NCBI GenBank assembly: GCA_902582695.1
Contig: CACHTH010000004.1
Span: 4,064-68,063 of the forward strand
Direction of reading: 5' to 3'
DNA length: 64,000 nt
From: an uncultured Candidatus Actinomarina sp.
GTDB lineage: Bacteria > Actinomycetota > Acidimicrobiia > Actinomarinales > Actinomarinaceae
Shown in pieces: positions 27,270 to 35,927 of this stretch (its first letter is position 1; each line of letters starts with the position of its first letter). A program made the position numbers and the translations under genes. The notes below the pieces were generated by a model. That model was not told where the DNA came from and searched no databases. It was given only the letters and a program-made list of their open reading frames with translations.

Positions 27270-28250
27270 ATGAGAAATAGTTTAAAAAATGTATTATTAA
27301 TAGTTTTTGTATCAATTATTTCTTTGGGGTTATATCAATACTATCAAAACTACAATGAGGCCAGATCATTTAATAATTTTTTAGACAGTGCTGCTCTTGT
27401 GTCTTCGCTTCACCTTGAAGCTTCTGAAGAATTTAAAAATCTTTTAGATTTTTCTGAGATTAGTCGAGAAGATTTTGAAAACAAGATAGATAAAGTAGTT
27501 TCTAACTCAAAAGAAGCATATGAAATAATTAATAACACTGACGTATCTTTGACCCTTAAAGAAAAAGAACTTTTATCTTTAGCTACATCATATTGGCTAC
27601 AGGGTCTTGAGATGTTTGAAGTTTCTATAATTACTTTGATAGACAATCCTAATTCAGAAAAAATTCAAGAATCTATTGCTCAAAGTATTTCTGATTTATC
27701 AATTGGAGACAGGTCTTACTCTGAATTCTTATTTTTAACAAAGCAAAATGCAACCTCAGAAGGTACGTTTCTTCCGGTGCTTTATGAAATTGAGTACGTA
27801 GGTCTAGAAGATAATTCATTTAGATTTGCTGATTTGCTTGTTGAAAAAGCTAAATCTAGCACAGGTGGATTATTTTTAGTAAGAAATTTATCAATTTCAG
27901 GCGCTGAGTTTCAACCCAATCCAATTGCAGTTACAGAGGAAGATTATTCTGTACTACTAAATGAAAAAATAGAACTTCAAGTAGTCCTTACAAACGAGGG
28001 AAATGTTGACGCTTATGATGTAGTTATTTTAATTTTAGTAACAGATGAATTTGGAGAAACTATTCATGAGCAGCAATCAAAAATTGATTCGATAGGTCCT
28101 CAAGAAAGCAGAATTTTCTATAGTGATGCAATTAATATAGAAGCAGGTGTATTACATGAATGGTTTATTAAATTAGAAGAAGTAGAAAAAGAGGAAAACC
28201 TAAATGATAATTTATATAGTATCTTTGGTTTTATACCTCCAGAAGGATAA
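27270..28250 (+). CDS. Membrane-anchored hypothetical protein with a C-terminal CARDB/Ig-like module
   Basis: 326 aa. N-terminal TM (VLLIVFVSIISLGLY). The C-terminal VVLTNEGNVDAYDVVILILV...IGPQESRIFYSD pattern resembles CARDB domains. Confidence 0.5.
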   Translation: MRNSLKNVLLIVFVSIISLGLYQYYQNYNEARSFNNFLDSAALVSSLHLEASEEFKNLLDFSEISREDFENKIDKVVSNSKEAYEIINNTDVSLTLKEKELLSLATSYWLQGLEMFEVSIITLIDNPNSEKIQESIAQSISDLSIGDRSYSEFLFLTKQNATSEGTFLPVLYEIEYVGLEDNSFRFADLLVEKAKSSTGGLFLVRNLSISGAEFQPNPIAVTEEDYSVLLNEKIELQVVLTNEGNVDAYDVVILILVTDEFGETIHEQQSKIDSIGPQESRIFYSDAINIEAGVLHEWFIKLEEVEKEENLNDNLYSIFGFIPPEG

Positions 28251-28253
28251 CTT

Positions 28254-29504
28254 ATGTTAGATCCCGCAATATTAAAAGATAATTTAGAAGTTTTAGAATC
28301 AAATATATCAAGAAGAAATTTAGATATAGATGTGAATCATTTAATTTCTTTAAATGAAGAAAGAAAATCTTTACGGTTTAATGCAGAACAAAAACGTTCT
28401 CAACAAAAGGAATTAGGTAAACAAATTGCAAATGCTGAAAAAAATGAAAAAGAAGAATTATTAAACAAAGCATCAGAATTAAGTGATGAAGTAAAGTTAT
28501 TGTTTGAACAAGTTGATAAAAAAGACGAAGAGTTCTTAAATCAATGGGTAAAAATTCCTAATTTAATTTCCAAAACTTCTCCTGATGGAAAATCTGACAA
28601 AGATAATTTAGAAATTAAAAAAGTTGGAAATGTTAAAGAAATATCTAATCCAAAAGATCACTTAGAAATTGCCTCGCAATTGAATTTAATTGACGTTGAA
28701 AAAGCTTCTGAAGTCTCAGGTTCAAGGTTTGCATATTTATTTGGAGATTTGGTAAAAATTGAGTTTAATTTAGTTTCTTGGGCATTAAATAAATTATCAG
28801 AGAAAGGATTTACTCCTACAGTTCCTCCAGTTTTGGTGAGAGAAAATGCTTTGTATGGTACTGGGTTTTTTCCTGATGACGCAGAGCAGGTTTATGAAAT
28901 TCCAAATGATGATTTGTATCTAGTGGGTACTTCTGAAGTTCCCCTTGCTGCACTGCATACAAATGAAATAATCAATATGGAAGAATTGCCAATAAGGTAT
29001 GCAGGATTTTCAACATGCTTTAGACGAGAAGCTGGTACTTATGGAAAAGATACAACAGGAATATTTAGAGTTCATCAATTTGATAAAGTTGAGATGTTTT
29101 CCTTTTGTAATCCTGAAAAATCTGAAGCCGAACATGAATTTATTCTTTCAGTAGAAGAAGAACTGTTACAGTCCTTAGAGATTCCATATAGGGTTGTAGA
29201 TGTTTGCGCAGGAGATTTAGGTGCTTCTGCAGCTAAAAAATATGATATTGAAGCATGGATACCAAGTCAAAATACATATAGAGAGGTTACATCTTGCTCT
29301 AACACAACTAGCTTTCAAGCTAGAAGACTAAATATAAGAGCAAAGTCAGAAGGAGAAACTAGTATATTACATACTCTTAATGGAACAGCTATTGCAGTTG
29401 GAAGAATTTTAATTGCTTTAATTGAAAATAATCAAACTGAAGATGGAAAAGTTGAGTTCTCTGATAAAGTTGCTGAAATTATTGGTGTTAAAAACCTAGG
29501 CTAA
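28254..29504 (+). CDS. serS: Seryl-tRNA synthetase
   Basis: N-terminal coiled-coil arm and class II motifs (FRREAGTYGKDT, GTAIAVGRILIAL). 416 aa. Confidence 0.95.
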   Translation: MLDPAILKDNLEVLESNISRRNLDIDVNHLISLNEERKSLRFNAEQKRSQQKELGKQIANAEKNEKEELLNKASELSDEVKLLFEQVDKKDEEFLNQWVKIPNLISKTSPDGKSDKDNLEIKKVGNVKEISNPKDHLEIASQLNLIDVEKASEVSGSRFAYLFGDLVKIEFNLVSWALNKLSEKGFTPTVPPVLVRENALYGTGFFPDDAEQVYEIPNDDLYLVGTSEVPLAALHTNEIINMEELPIRYAGFSTCFRREAGTYGKDTTGIFRVHQFDKVEMFSFCNPEKSEAEHEFILSVEEELLQSLEIPYRVVDVCAGDLGASAAKKYDIEAWIPSQNTYREVTSCSNTTSFQARRLNIRAKSEGETSILHTLNGTAIAVGRILIALIENNQTEDGKVEFSDKVAEIIGVKNLG

Positions 29505-30050
29505 TAACAAACTGGCAATCATACTCAAGCCGAGCACCACGTACGTTGCACGAGCTACTCTTTTATTTTTTTCTAAACTATTTTGAAGTTGTTCTCCGAG
29601 AATCAACCATATGCCAACACAAAAAGGTAAAACTAGAAAATAAATAAAAGCACCTTGGTTGTTTGTAATATTGAAGGCAGTCAGTCCTGACACAGCCATG
29701 ACAACCCCTTTTGGATTTATCCACTGGAAAAGACATGCTTGTACGAAAGTAAAAGGTTTATCAACAGAAGAGTTTTCTTTATTCGTATCCAAAGAAGTTG
29801 AGGCAATTCTATAGGCAATATAGGTGATAACTGCGTAACCAAAGTACTGGAGGTAATCAAAAATTTGAGCAGGAACATATGAAAGTAAAAACCCACCAAC
29901 AAAAAATAAAAAAGTAAACCCCAACCAGATACCAAGAAAATGGGGTATTGAAGCTTTTCTACCAAACTTTATTCCAGAGGCCATAAGCATTGAGTTATTT
30001 GGTCCTGGTGTGATTGCAGTGACAAATGCAAAAATGAAAAACTCAAACAT
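29496..30050 (-). CDS. LysE/RhtB family amino-acid exporter
   Basis: 184 aa, about 5-6 TM, with an N-terminal ITPGPNN motif. Confidence 0.75.
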   Translation of the reverse strand: MFEFFIFAFVTAITPGPNNSMLMASGIKFGRKASIPHFLGIWLGFTFLFFVGGFLLSYVPAQIFDYLQYFGYAVITYIAYRIASTSLDTNKENSSVDKPFTFVQACLFQWINPKGVVMAVSGLTAFNITNNQGAFIYFLVLPFCVGIWLILGEQLQNSLEKNKRVARATYVVLGLSMIASLLLA

Positions 30051-30090
30051 TTGGTTATATTAACATCAACACTTGAGATAATTAAATTAG

Positions 30091-30549
30091 ATGAAATATA
30101 TATCAGACGAAGAAAAGATGAGAGTAGCTCTTAATGAAGCAAAAAAAGCTCTTGATGTTGATGAAGTACCTATTGGTGCAGCAATATTTGATAAAGACGA
30201 TAAATTAATTTGTGCAAATCACAATAGAAGAGAGTTAGATCAAAACCCAACGTCTCATGCCGAGATATTAGTTTTAGAAGAGGCATCGCAAATCCTAGGT
30301 ACTTGGAGACTAGAAGAGGCAACAATAGCGGTAACTTTAGAACCAGACGCTATGTGTGCGGGAGCAATTGTAAACGCTAGAATTAGAAAACTTATTTATG
30401 CAGCTCCTAACCTTAAAGCAGGTGCTGCATATTCATTATATAATATCCCACAAGACCCTCGACTTAACCATCATGTCGAGATAAAAGATAATATTCTTTC
30501 CCATGAATCTGAAGCCATATTATCCTCTTTCTTTGACAGTAAGAGATAA
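30091..30549 (+). CDS. tadA: tRNA-specific adenosine(34) deaminase TadA (variant zinc motif PDxxC)
   Basis: SHAEILVLEEA (H-A-E) and VTLEPDAMCAGAI align with E. coli AHAEIMAL and VTLEPCVMCAGAM. The codon at the first Cys position is GAC (Asp). Confidence 0.85.
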   Translation: MKYISDEEKMRVALNEAKKALDVDEVPIGAAIFDKDDKLICANHNRRELDQNPTSHAEILVLEEASQILGTWRLEEATIAVTLEPDAMCAGAIVNARIRKLIYAAPNLKAGAAYSLYNIPQDPRLNHHVEIKDNILSHESEAILSSFFDSKR

Positions 30550-30576
30550 CTAAAATAGAATCTCAGGTTTTTTTTC

Positions 30577-30665
30577 GGAGGGATCGCATAGTCTGGCCTA
30601 GTGCGCACGCTTGGAAAGCGTGTAAGGGTTTATCCCCTTCGAGGGTTCGAATCCCTCTCCCTCCG
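30577..30665 (+). tRNA. tRNA-Ser (anticodon GGA)
   Basis: GGAGGGA acceptor stem, anticodon loop TTGGAAA, long variable arm, GGTTCGAATCC T-loop. Confidence 0.9.
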
Positions 30666-30685
30666 CAAAAAGAAAGAAACCATCT

Positions 30686-30771
30686 GGAGGGATGGCCGAG
30701 CGGACGAAGGCGATAGTCTTGAAAACTATTGTATGTATTCCATACCGTGGGTTCGAATCCCACTCCCTCCG
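30686..30771 (+). tRNA. tRNA-Ser (anticodon TGA)
   Basis: GGAGGGA acceptor stem, anticodon loop CTTGAAA, long variable arm, GGTTCGAATCC T-loop. Confidence 0.9.
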
Positions 30772-30778
30772 CTGACTT

Positions 30779-30865
30779 GGAGAGGTGACTGAGTGGCCTA
30801 AAGTGCTCGCCTGCTAAGCGAGTGGGGAAGAAATTCCCTCGAGGGTTCGAATCCCTCCCTCTCCG
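30779..30865 (+). tRNA. tRNA-Ser (anticodon GCT)
   Basis: GGAGAGG acceptor stem, anticodon loop CTGCTAA, long variable arm, GGTTCGAATCC T-loop. Confidence 0.9.
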
Positions 30866-30869
30866 CAAT

Positions 30870-30943
30870 GCGCCCGTAGCTTAACTGGATAGAGCATCTG
30901 ACTACGGATCAGAAGGTTGGGGGTTCGACTCCCTCCGGGCGTG
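30870..30943 (+). tRNA. tRNA-Arg (anticodon ACG)
   Basis: GCGCCCGTAGCTTAACTGGATAGAGCATCTGACTACGGATCAGAAGGTTGGGGGTTCGACTCCCTCCGGGCGTG. Anticodon loop CTACGGA. Confidence 0.9.
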
Positions 30944-30954
30944 CATTAAAAACC

Positions 30955-31617
30955 TTAGTAACTCCAAAGAGGGTCTTCTAAGTTCCAATTAGTTTCATTA
31001 CCCCAAGTATTTAGATATGTAACTTCATCCACAGGATTTCTATCAGCCACACCCCATTTTCCTAATGGATAACCAGCAGTGATTACGGCATCAATTTTCC
31101 AGCCTCTATCATTAGGTATATTTAGAATCTCAAAAGCTTTTTCTGGTTTAAACATCCCAAGAACAGTTGTTAAACATGTACCAATTCCGTGTGCTCTACC
31201 TGCAAGCATAATGCTCCAAATAGCAGGATAAATCGATGATCCTGTTGGATCATTTCTTGAGAGCACAACAAACATAGCTGGTACTTTATGAAAATTTTCA
31301 GACAACCATGCAGCTGACTTACTAATTCGAACAACTTGTTCAGCTTTTTTGTCATTTGGAACATTGGACGCACCCATATCTGCACTTCCTCCATAAAATT
31401 CTTTTACATAAAAATCCCATGCTTCTCTGTATGAATCTCCAAGTTGATTTTTAATTTCTTGATCAGTGACGACAATAAACTTCCAGCCTTGACGATTAGA
31501 ACCGCTAGGAGCTCTAATTCCAGCATCAACCATTTGTTTTAATATATCTTCTGGAATGGGATCTTCGCTGACTCTGCGCATTGCCCTAGTTGTATATAAA
31601 GCTTCGAATACATCCAT
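30955..31617 (-). CDS. Nitroreductase family protein
   Basis: 220 aa. TTRAMRR...IRAPSGSNRQGW N-terminal motif typical of NADH/FMN nitroreductase-fold proteins. Confidence 0.8.
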   Translation of the reverse strand: MDVFEALYTTRAMRRVSEDPIPEDILKQMVDAGIRAPSGSNRQGWKFIVVTDQEIKNQLGDSYREAWDFYVKEFYGGSADMGASNVPNDKKAEQVVRISKSAAWLSENFHKVPAMFVVLSRNDPTGSSIYPAIWSIMLAGRAHGIGTCLTTVLGMFKPEKAFEILNIPNDRGWKIDAVITAGYPLGKWGVADRNPVDEVTYLNTWGNETNWNLEDPLWSY

Positions 31618-31643
31618 TAGACAATCTTACTAAGATAATATAA

Positions 31644-32453
31644 ATGGAAGACAAATTATTAAAAGAAATAAAAAACAACGTTGGGTATGTTTGGATAAAT
31701 CGCCCAGATAAAAAAAATGCTCTAGATGCTGATGTTTGGTTCGGGTTACCAGAAATTATAAATGAACTTGATTCTGATGATGAAGTCAGATGTATAGTAG
31801 TTGCAGGCAAAGGAGATTCATTCTCTGCTGGGATTGACATAACCATGTTTATGTCAGATTTTCAAATCAATGAAGACATGTCTTCCACTCCTAGTGACAG
31901 AAAGAAACTACAGGCTCAAATTAAAAAAATGCAAGACTCTTTTACTGCATTATCAAAAACTTCTGTACCAGTTATTGCTTTAGCCCATGGTCACTGCATT
32001 GGGGGGGCAACTGCTTTAATATCAGCATGTGATATAAGAATTTCTACTGTAGATGCAAAATTTTCAATTGGGGAAACAAAATTAGGACTAGTTGCAGATG
32101 TTGGTATTTTACAAAGAATGCCAAAAATTGTATCTAAGGGAGACGTTCGGGAACTTGCTTTCACAGGTCGAATATTTGATGGAGAGTATGCAGAAAAAAT
32201 AAGGTTTGTAAGTAAAACTTATGAGAATTTTGAAGACTTATTTAAGGCTGGTGTAGAGCTAGCCGAAGAGATTGCAAGCAACGCTTCAAGTATTGTACAG
32301 GGAACTAAACAAGTTCTTGATAAAGGTGAAGATTTGACAACTGATCAAGCATTAGATTTTGTTCAATTGTGGAATACAAGTTTTTTATTAACTGAGGATT
32401 TAAGAGAGGGAGTCACTGCCTTTATGGAAAAAAGAAAGCCTAAATTTAATTAA
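31644..32453 (+). CDS. Enoyl-CoA hydratase/isomerase (crotonase) family protein
   Basis: VWINRPDKKNAL and FSAGIDI oxyanion-hole motifs, with GGA in HGHCIGGATAL. Confidence 0.85.
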   Translation: MEDKLLKEIKNNVGYVWINRPDKKNALDADVWFGLPEIINELDSDDEVRCIVVAGKGDSFSAGIDITMFMSDFQINEDMSSTPSDRKKLQAQIKKMQDSFTALSKTSVPVIALAHGHCIGGATALISACDIRISTVDAKFSIGETKLGLVADVGILQRMPKIVSKGDVRELAFTGRIFDGEYAEKIRFVSKTYENFEDLFKAGVELAEEIASNASSIVQGTKQVLDKGEDLTTDQALDFVQLWNTSFLLTEDLREGVTAFMEKRKPKFN

Positions 32454-33426
32454 TTTTTTCAAAAGCAGAGATAGCAAATCTGTCAGTCATTCCTGCAACG
32501 TAGTCTACTGAGTTAGCTATGTCGCTTTGATTTTGAACATAATTTTTTGGAAGTTTATCTGGATTCTTTTCGTAATAGACAACCAAGGCTTCAACGATAT
32601 TCTTTGCTTCAGACCTTTGAGATAAAGTTTCTTCTCTTAAATATACTTTATCAAACATAAACTCTCTTAATTCATTCATCACATTTAAAATTTCTTGGTC
32701 CATTTGTAAACTACCACCCGAAGAAGCCTTGAAAACACCAGATATTAATGAATTGATCCAGGTCTTACCTGGTGAACCTAAAACAGATGTAATGCTTTTA
32801 GGTATATCGGACTCTTTTAAAACATTTGCTCTTATTGCATCTTCTACATCATGAGAAAGATAAGCAATTCTATCAGCAAATCTACAAATTAAACCTTCAG
32901 GAGAAAAAGGTGGTTCTTCATATCTCCAAGGATGTTTTTCAATACCATTTATAGTTTCTTTTGTTAGGTTAAGAGGTTCTATTACAGATAACATTCTCAC
33001 AGAGTTTTCAGAGTGGCTCCAGCCACCGTCTAGCATATCATTTAATACATCTTCACCAGTGTGACCAAATGGTGAGTGACCTACATCATGTCCTAAACAA
33101 ATTGCTTCGGTCAAATCTGGATTTAAACCTAATGTTTTAGCAATAGACCTACCAATTTGGGTCACATTAAGTGTATGAGTCATTCTTGTTATAAAATGAT
33201 CACCATCAGGGTTTATAAAAACTTGTGTTTTATGTTTTAATCTTCTAAAAGTTTTTGAGTGAATAATTCTATCTCGATCTCTCTCAAAACATGTTCTGAA
33301 CGCATCTGGTTCTTCATCCACGTATCTCCCTAAAGAGTTGGAGGCAAAAGTAGCATTGCTGGATAGAGTGACTCGCTCATTCTGCTCTCTCCATATCCTA
33401 TCTCTAAGGATAAATGAATCGTTCAT
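32446..33426 (-). CDS. dGTPase-like HD-domain triphosphohydrolase
   Basis: FERDRDRIIHS, TRMTHTLNV and LGHDVGHSPFGH motifs. Confidence 0.85.
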   Translation of the reverse strand: MNDSFILRDRIWREQNERVTLSSNATFASNSLGRYVDEEPDAFRTCFERDRDRIIHSKTFRRLKHKTQVFINPDGDHFITRMTHTLNVTQIGRSIAKTLGLNPDLTEAICLGHDVGHSPFGHTGEDVLNDMLDGGWSHSENSVRMLSVIEPLNLTKETINGIEKHPWRYEEPPFSPEGLICRFADRIAYLSHDVEDAIRANVLKESDIPKSITSVLGSPGKTWINSLISGVFKASSGGSLQMDQEILNVMNELREFMFDKVYLREETLSQRSEAKNIVEALVVYYEKNPDKLPKNYVQNQSDIANSVDYVAGMTDRFAISAFEKIN

Positions 33427-33435
33427 ACAACTACT

Positions 33436-33987
33436 TTACAAGTTGTAGCTCTCTAGTAAAGAGCTTAATTCCATCCAGTCGTTTAAATCTTTTGTTCCAG
33501 TAACTGGTCTATTATAAGGTCGAACAAATCTAAGAATTAATTTTTCAGGTACATGTTTAACAAAGTTTTCTAACTGATGAGGCGCATCATCAATATATAC
33601 ATCACAGTTTATGTTCCATTTATCTTCAATAAAATGAATTTCTTTAGAAGGAATTTTATTTTCTCCTAACCAAATAAGTGTATCGTGAATTGACCACCAT
33701 GGTTTAGAGGACAAGATTACAATTTCATGACCTGCCATGGACAACTCAATTAGTACCTCAACTGCGTTGTCGTATGTTCTTAAATTTCTAAATATAGAAG
33801 AACCATTAAAATCTTTTGCCCAATTCCAAAAATCAATTTCTTCCTCGAAGTGAGTGAGAGGTTTTGATAATCCCCATTCGGTAATATCTTTTTCTAGAAT
33901 TTCTTTACCGAAGTCTTTTTTGTATTGAGATGTCCATCCGTGAGTAAAGTCTGCCACAACCCCATCTAAATCAACACCTATTCTCAT
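33436..33987 (-). CDS. 5'(3')-deoxyribonucleotidase (NT5C/HAD family)
   Basis: MRIGVDLDGVVADF (DxDxV HAD motif I). I start it at the internal ATG 33987. The ORF-track start at 34074 adds 29 atypical residues and overlaps dnaX. Confidence 0.7.
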   Translation of the reverse strand: MRIGVDLDGVVADFTHGWTSQYKKDFGKEILEKDITEWGLSKPLTHFEEEIDFWNWAKDFNGSSIFRNLRTYDNAVEVLIELSMAGHEIVILSSKPWWSIHDTLIWLGENKIPSKEIHFIEDKWNINCDVYIDDAPHQLENFVKHVPEKLILRFVRPYNRPVTGTKDLNDWMELSSLLESYNL

Positions 33988-34047
33988 TTGACTTAGTCTA
34001 ATTGTATGATGCATTATGGAAAGTAAAAGATAGTAACATTTATTTAT

Positions 34048-35589
34048 ATGCAAGAAGCACTTTACAGAAAACATAGACCCAGCTCTCTAGAGGAGTTAGT
34101 AGGGCAACCTGATGCTGTACAACTTATTAGTGAACAAATAAAAAATAGTAACTTGAGTCATGCCTACTTGTTTTCAGGACCAAGAGGGGTCGGCAAAACT
34201 TCTTTAGCACGTATTATTGCAACAACAATTGGATGTGATCCAGTATTTGATATTACAGAAATAGATGCAGCTTCTCACAATAAAGTAGATGATGTTCGAG
34301 AGCTTAACGATAGTGTTAATTTTATTGCAAGTAGTCCAGGAAAGAAAAGAGTATTCATCCTAGATGAAGTGCATATGCTCTCCAATGCTGCTTCGAATGC
34401 ATTTTTAAAAACTCTTGAAGAGCCACCCGAGCATGTAATTTTTATACTTGCAACAACTGAACCAGAAAGAGTCATTGAGACAATTAGAAGCAGAACTACA
34501 CAGATAGCATTTAAAAGAATAAAAAATACTGACATTATAACTTCACTTGAAAAGATCAGTAAGGCTGAAAAGATCAAGTTATCTAAAGATGTTTTAGAGT
34601 ACATTGCCAACCAGAGTGATGGTTCATTAAGAGATGCCATTAATCTTTTTGAACAGACTTTTTCAACCTTTGGCAATAAAGCTACCATGGAACAACTTTA
34701 TAGTATTTTAGGAAAGGTTACGATATCTGATTTACTTCAAATATTAGAAGCTATGGGAACTCAGGACACTGCAACTGTTCTCAAAGTGCTAAGAGCAAAT
34801 TATAAAAATGGACTACAGGCAATTGATATCTTAAATTCAATAACAGATCTTTTTAGAAATTTATTTTACTTTAAGTATCTGCCTGAAGATGAAAACTTCA
34901 CCTCATTAAGTGATTCTGAAAAAGAGTTAATTAAAAATTGTAATGATATTATTTCTGCAAAAGATTTATCAAGAATTTTAGATATGCTTGATGAGATTAA
35001 TCAAAGTATTAAAACTTCACCGTCACAAGAATTAAAATTGGAACTATTTTTAGTAAAACTTATTAAACCACAATTGGCGATAGATATTAAGTCTGTGAGT
35101 AGAAGAGTTGATATGCTAGAAGAGCATGGTGTAACAGAAAAAATTTCTGAAGAGCAACAAACATCTCCAGATAAAAAAAAACTAGGTAATGAAAAAGTAG
35201 CTAAAGATAAACCTACAAAAGAAAATACCAAGAAACCAATTGTTAAAAATGATATTGAGAACTTTGATGTTTATTGGCCAAAAATTCTAGTGGAAGCTAA
35301 GGAAATTCTTTCACCAAGAAAATACTCTTACCTAACACTTGTAAAACCAGAGGTTATAGATTCCAATAATTTAACTCTATATATAGATAGTGAAAACGAA
35401 TATTTGATATCTGAACTTCGTAAGTCAGATGAAATTATTGAATTAATTAAATCAAATGTTATCCAGAAAATGGGAGTAGAAGTAACTGTTGCTATACAGC
35501 CGCATGAAGGGCTTCAAAATAACAATCAAACAAGTAAAGATGTACAAAGTAACATTAGTGAAATTTTTGATGTTGAGAGTATTGATTAA
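34048..35589 (+). CDS. dnaX: DNA polymerase III subunit gamma/tau
   Basis: GPRGVGKTS Walker A, ILDEVHML Walker B, SRT sensor, and a Lys/Glu-rich linker. 513 aa. The A9 run at 35173-35181 is treated in the findings. Confidence 0.95.
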   Translation: MQEALYRKHRPSSLEELVGQPDAVQLISEQIKNSNLSHAYLFSGPRGVGKTSLARIIATTIGCDPVFDITEIDAASHNKVDDVRELNDSVNFIASSPGKKRVFILDEVHMLSNAASNAFLKTLEEPPEHVIFILATTEPERVIETIRSRTTQIAFKRIKNTDIITSLEKISKAEKIKLSKDVLEYIANQSDGSLRDAINLFEQTFSTFGNKATMEQLYSILGKVTISDLLQILEAMGTQDTATVLKVLRANYKNGLQAIDILNSITDLFRNLFYFKYLPEDENFTSLSDSEKELIKNCNDIISAKDLSRILDMLDEINQSIKTSPSQELKLELFLVKLIKPQLAIDIKSVSRRVDMLEEHGVTEKISEEQQTSPDKKKLGNEKVAKDKPTKENTKKPIVKNDIENFDVYWPKILVEAKEILSPRKYSYLTLVKPEVIDSNNLTLYIDSENEYLISELRKSDEIIELIKSNVIQKMGVEVTVAIQPHEGLQNNNQTSKDVQSNISEIFDVESID

Positions 35590-35927
35590 TTTTCTTTAAG
35601 ATTTAATTCACTTAATGCAACTGTTATTCTTCTTGAGCCTTGATTTTGAGCACTTTTACATAATTCAATAAAGCTCCTTAACTCACCAGTTCGAAATTTC
35701 TTTAACTCATCACCAGATTCGATTTTTGTGTTTCTCTCTCTTTCCAAAAGTTTTATTTCTATCTCTTTTGCTCTAGCCAGGTAAGTACTGCTAACCTCGA
35801 ATAAAGTATCTACACCATCAGCTATTGGTGGGTTGATATGTCCCATAAGAACATCAATGTACTCCTTTATTTCATCGTGCAAATCTTGGGCACTAGAGAG
35901 ACCTTTTTTTAATGGAAATTTTTGCAT
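35586..35927 (-). CDS. Hypothetical helical protein, unknown function
   Basis: 113 aa with charged helical composition. Its start abuts the murJ stop, so it is probably co-transcribed. Confidence 0.4.
   Translation of the reverse strand: MQKFPLKKGLSSAQDLHDEIKEYIDVLMGHINPPIADGVDTLFEVSSTYLARAKEIEIKLLERERNTKIESGDELKKFRTGELRSFIELCKSAQNQGSRRITVALSELNLKEN

Noticed and set aside
30686-30771. Whether the long-arm tRNA with TGA in its anticodon loop could be tRNA-Sec serving the Rdx gene
   Set aside because: The anticodon is UGA, which reads the UCA Ser codon, not UCA as tRNA-Sec requires. The acceptor and T stems have the ordinary 7/5 geometry. It is tRNA-Ser.
30563-30868. ORF-track entries 30563..30868 (-) and 30601..30792 (+), 101 and 63 aa
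   Set aside because: They lie entirely within the tRNA-Ser x3 cluster. Their Arg/Gly/Pro-rich translations are just the GC-rich tRNA sequences read as protein.
33988-34074. N-terminal 29-aa extension of the deoxyribonucleotidase ORF, and an SRP RNA that often lies upstream of dnaX
   Set aside because: The extension (MFSVKCFLHINKCYYLLLSIMHHTIRLSQ) is atypical and overlaps dnaX, and the HAD motif starts right after the internal Met. I looked for the conserved SRP domain IV sequence (GUCAGGUCCGGAAGGAAGCAGC-like) here and in the 18419-18754 spacer and did not find it.
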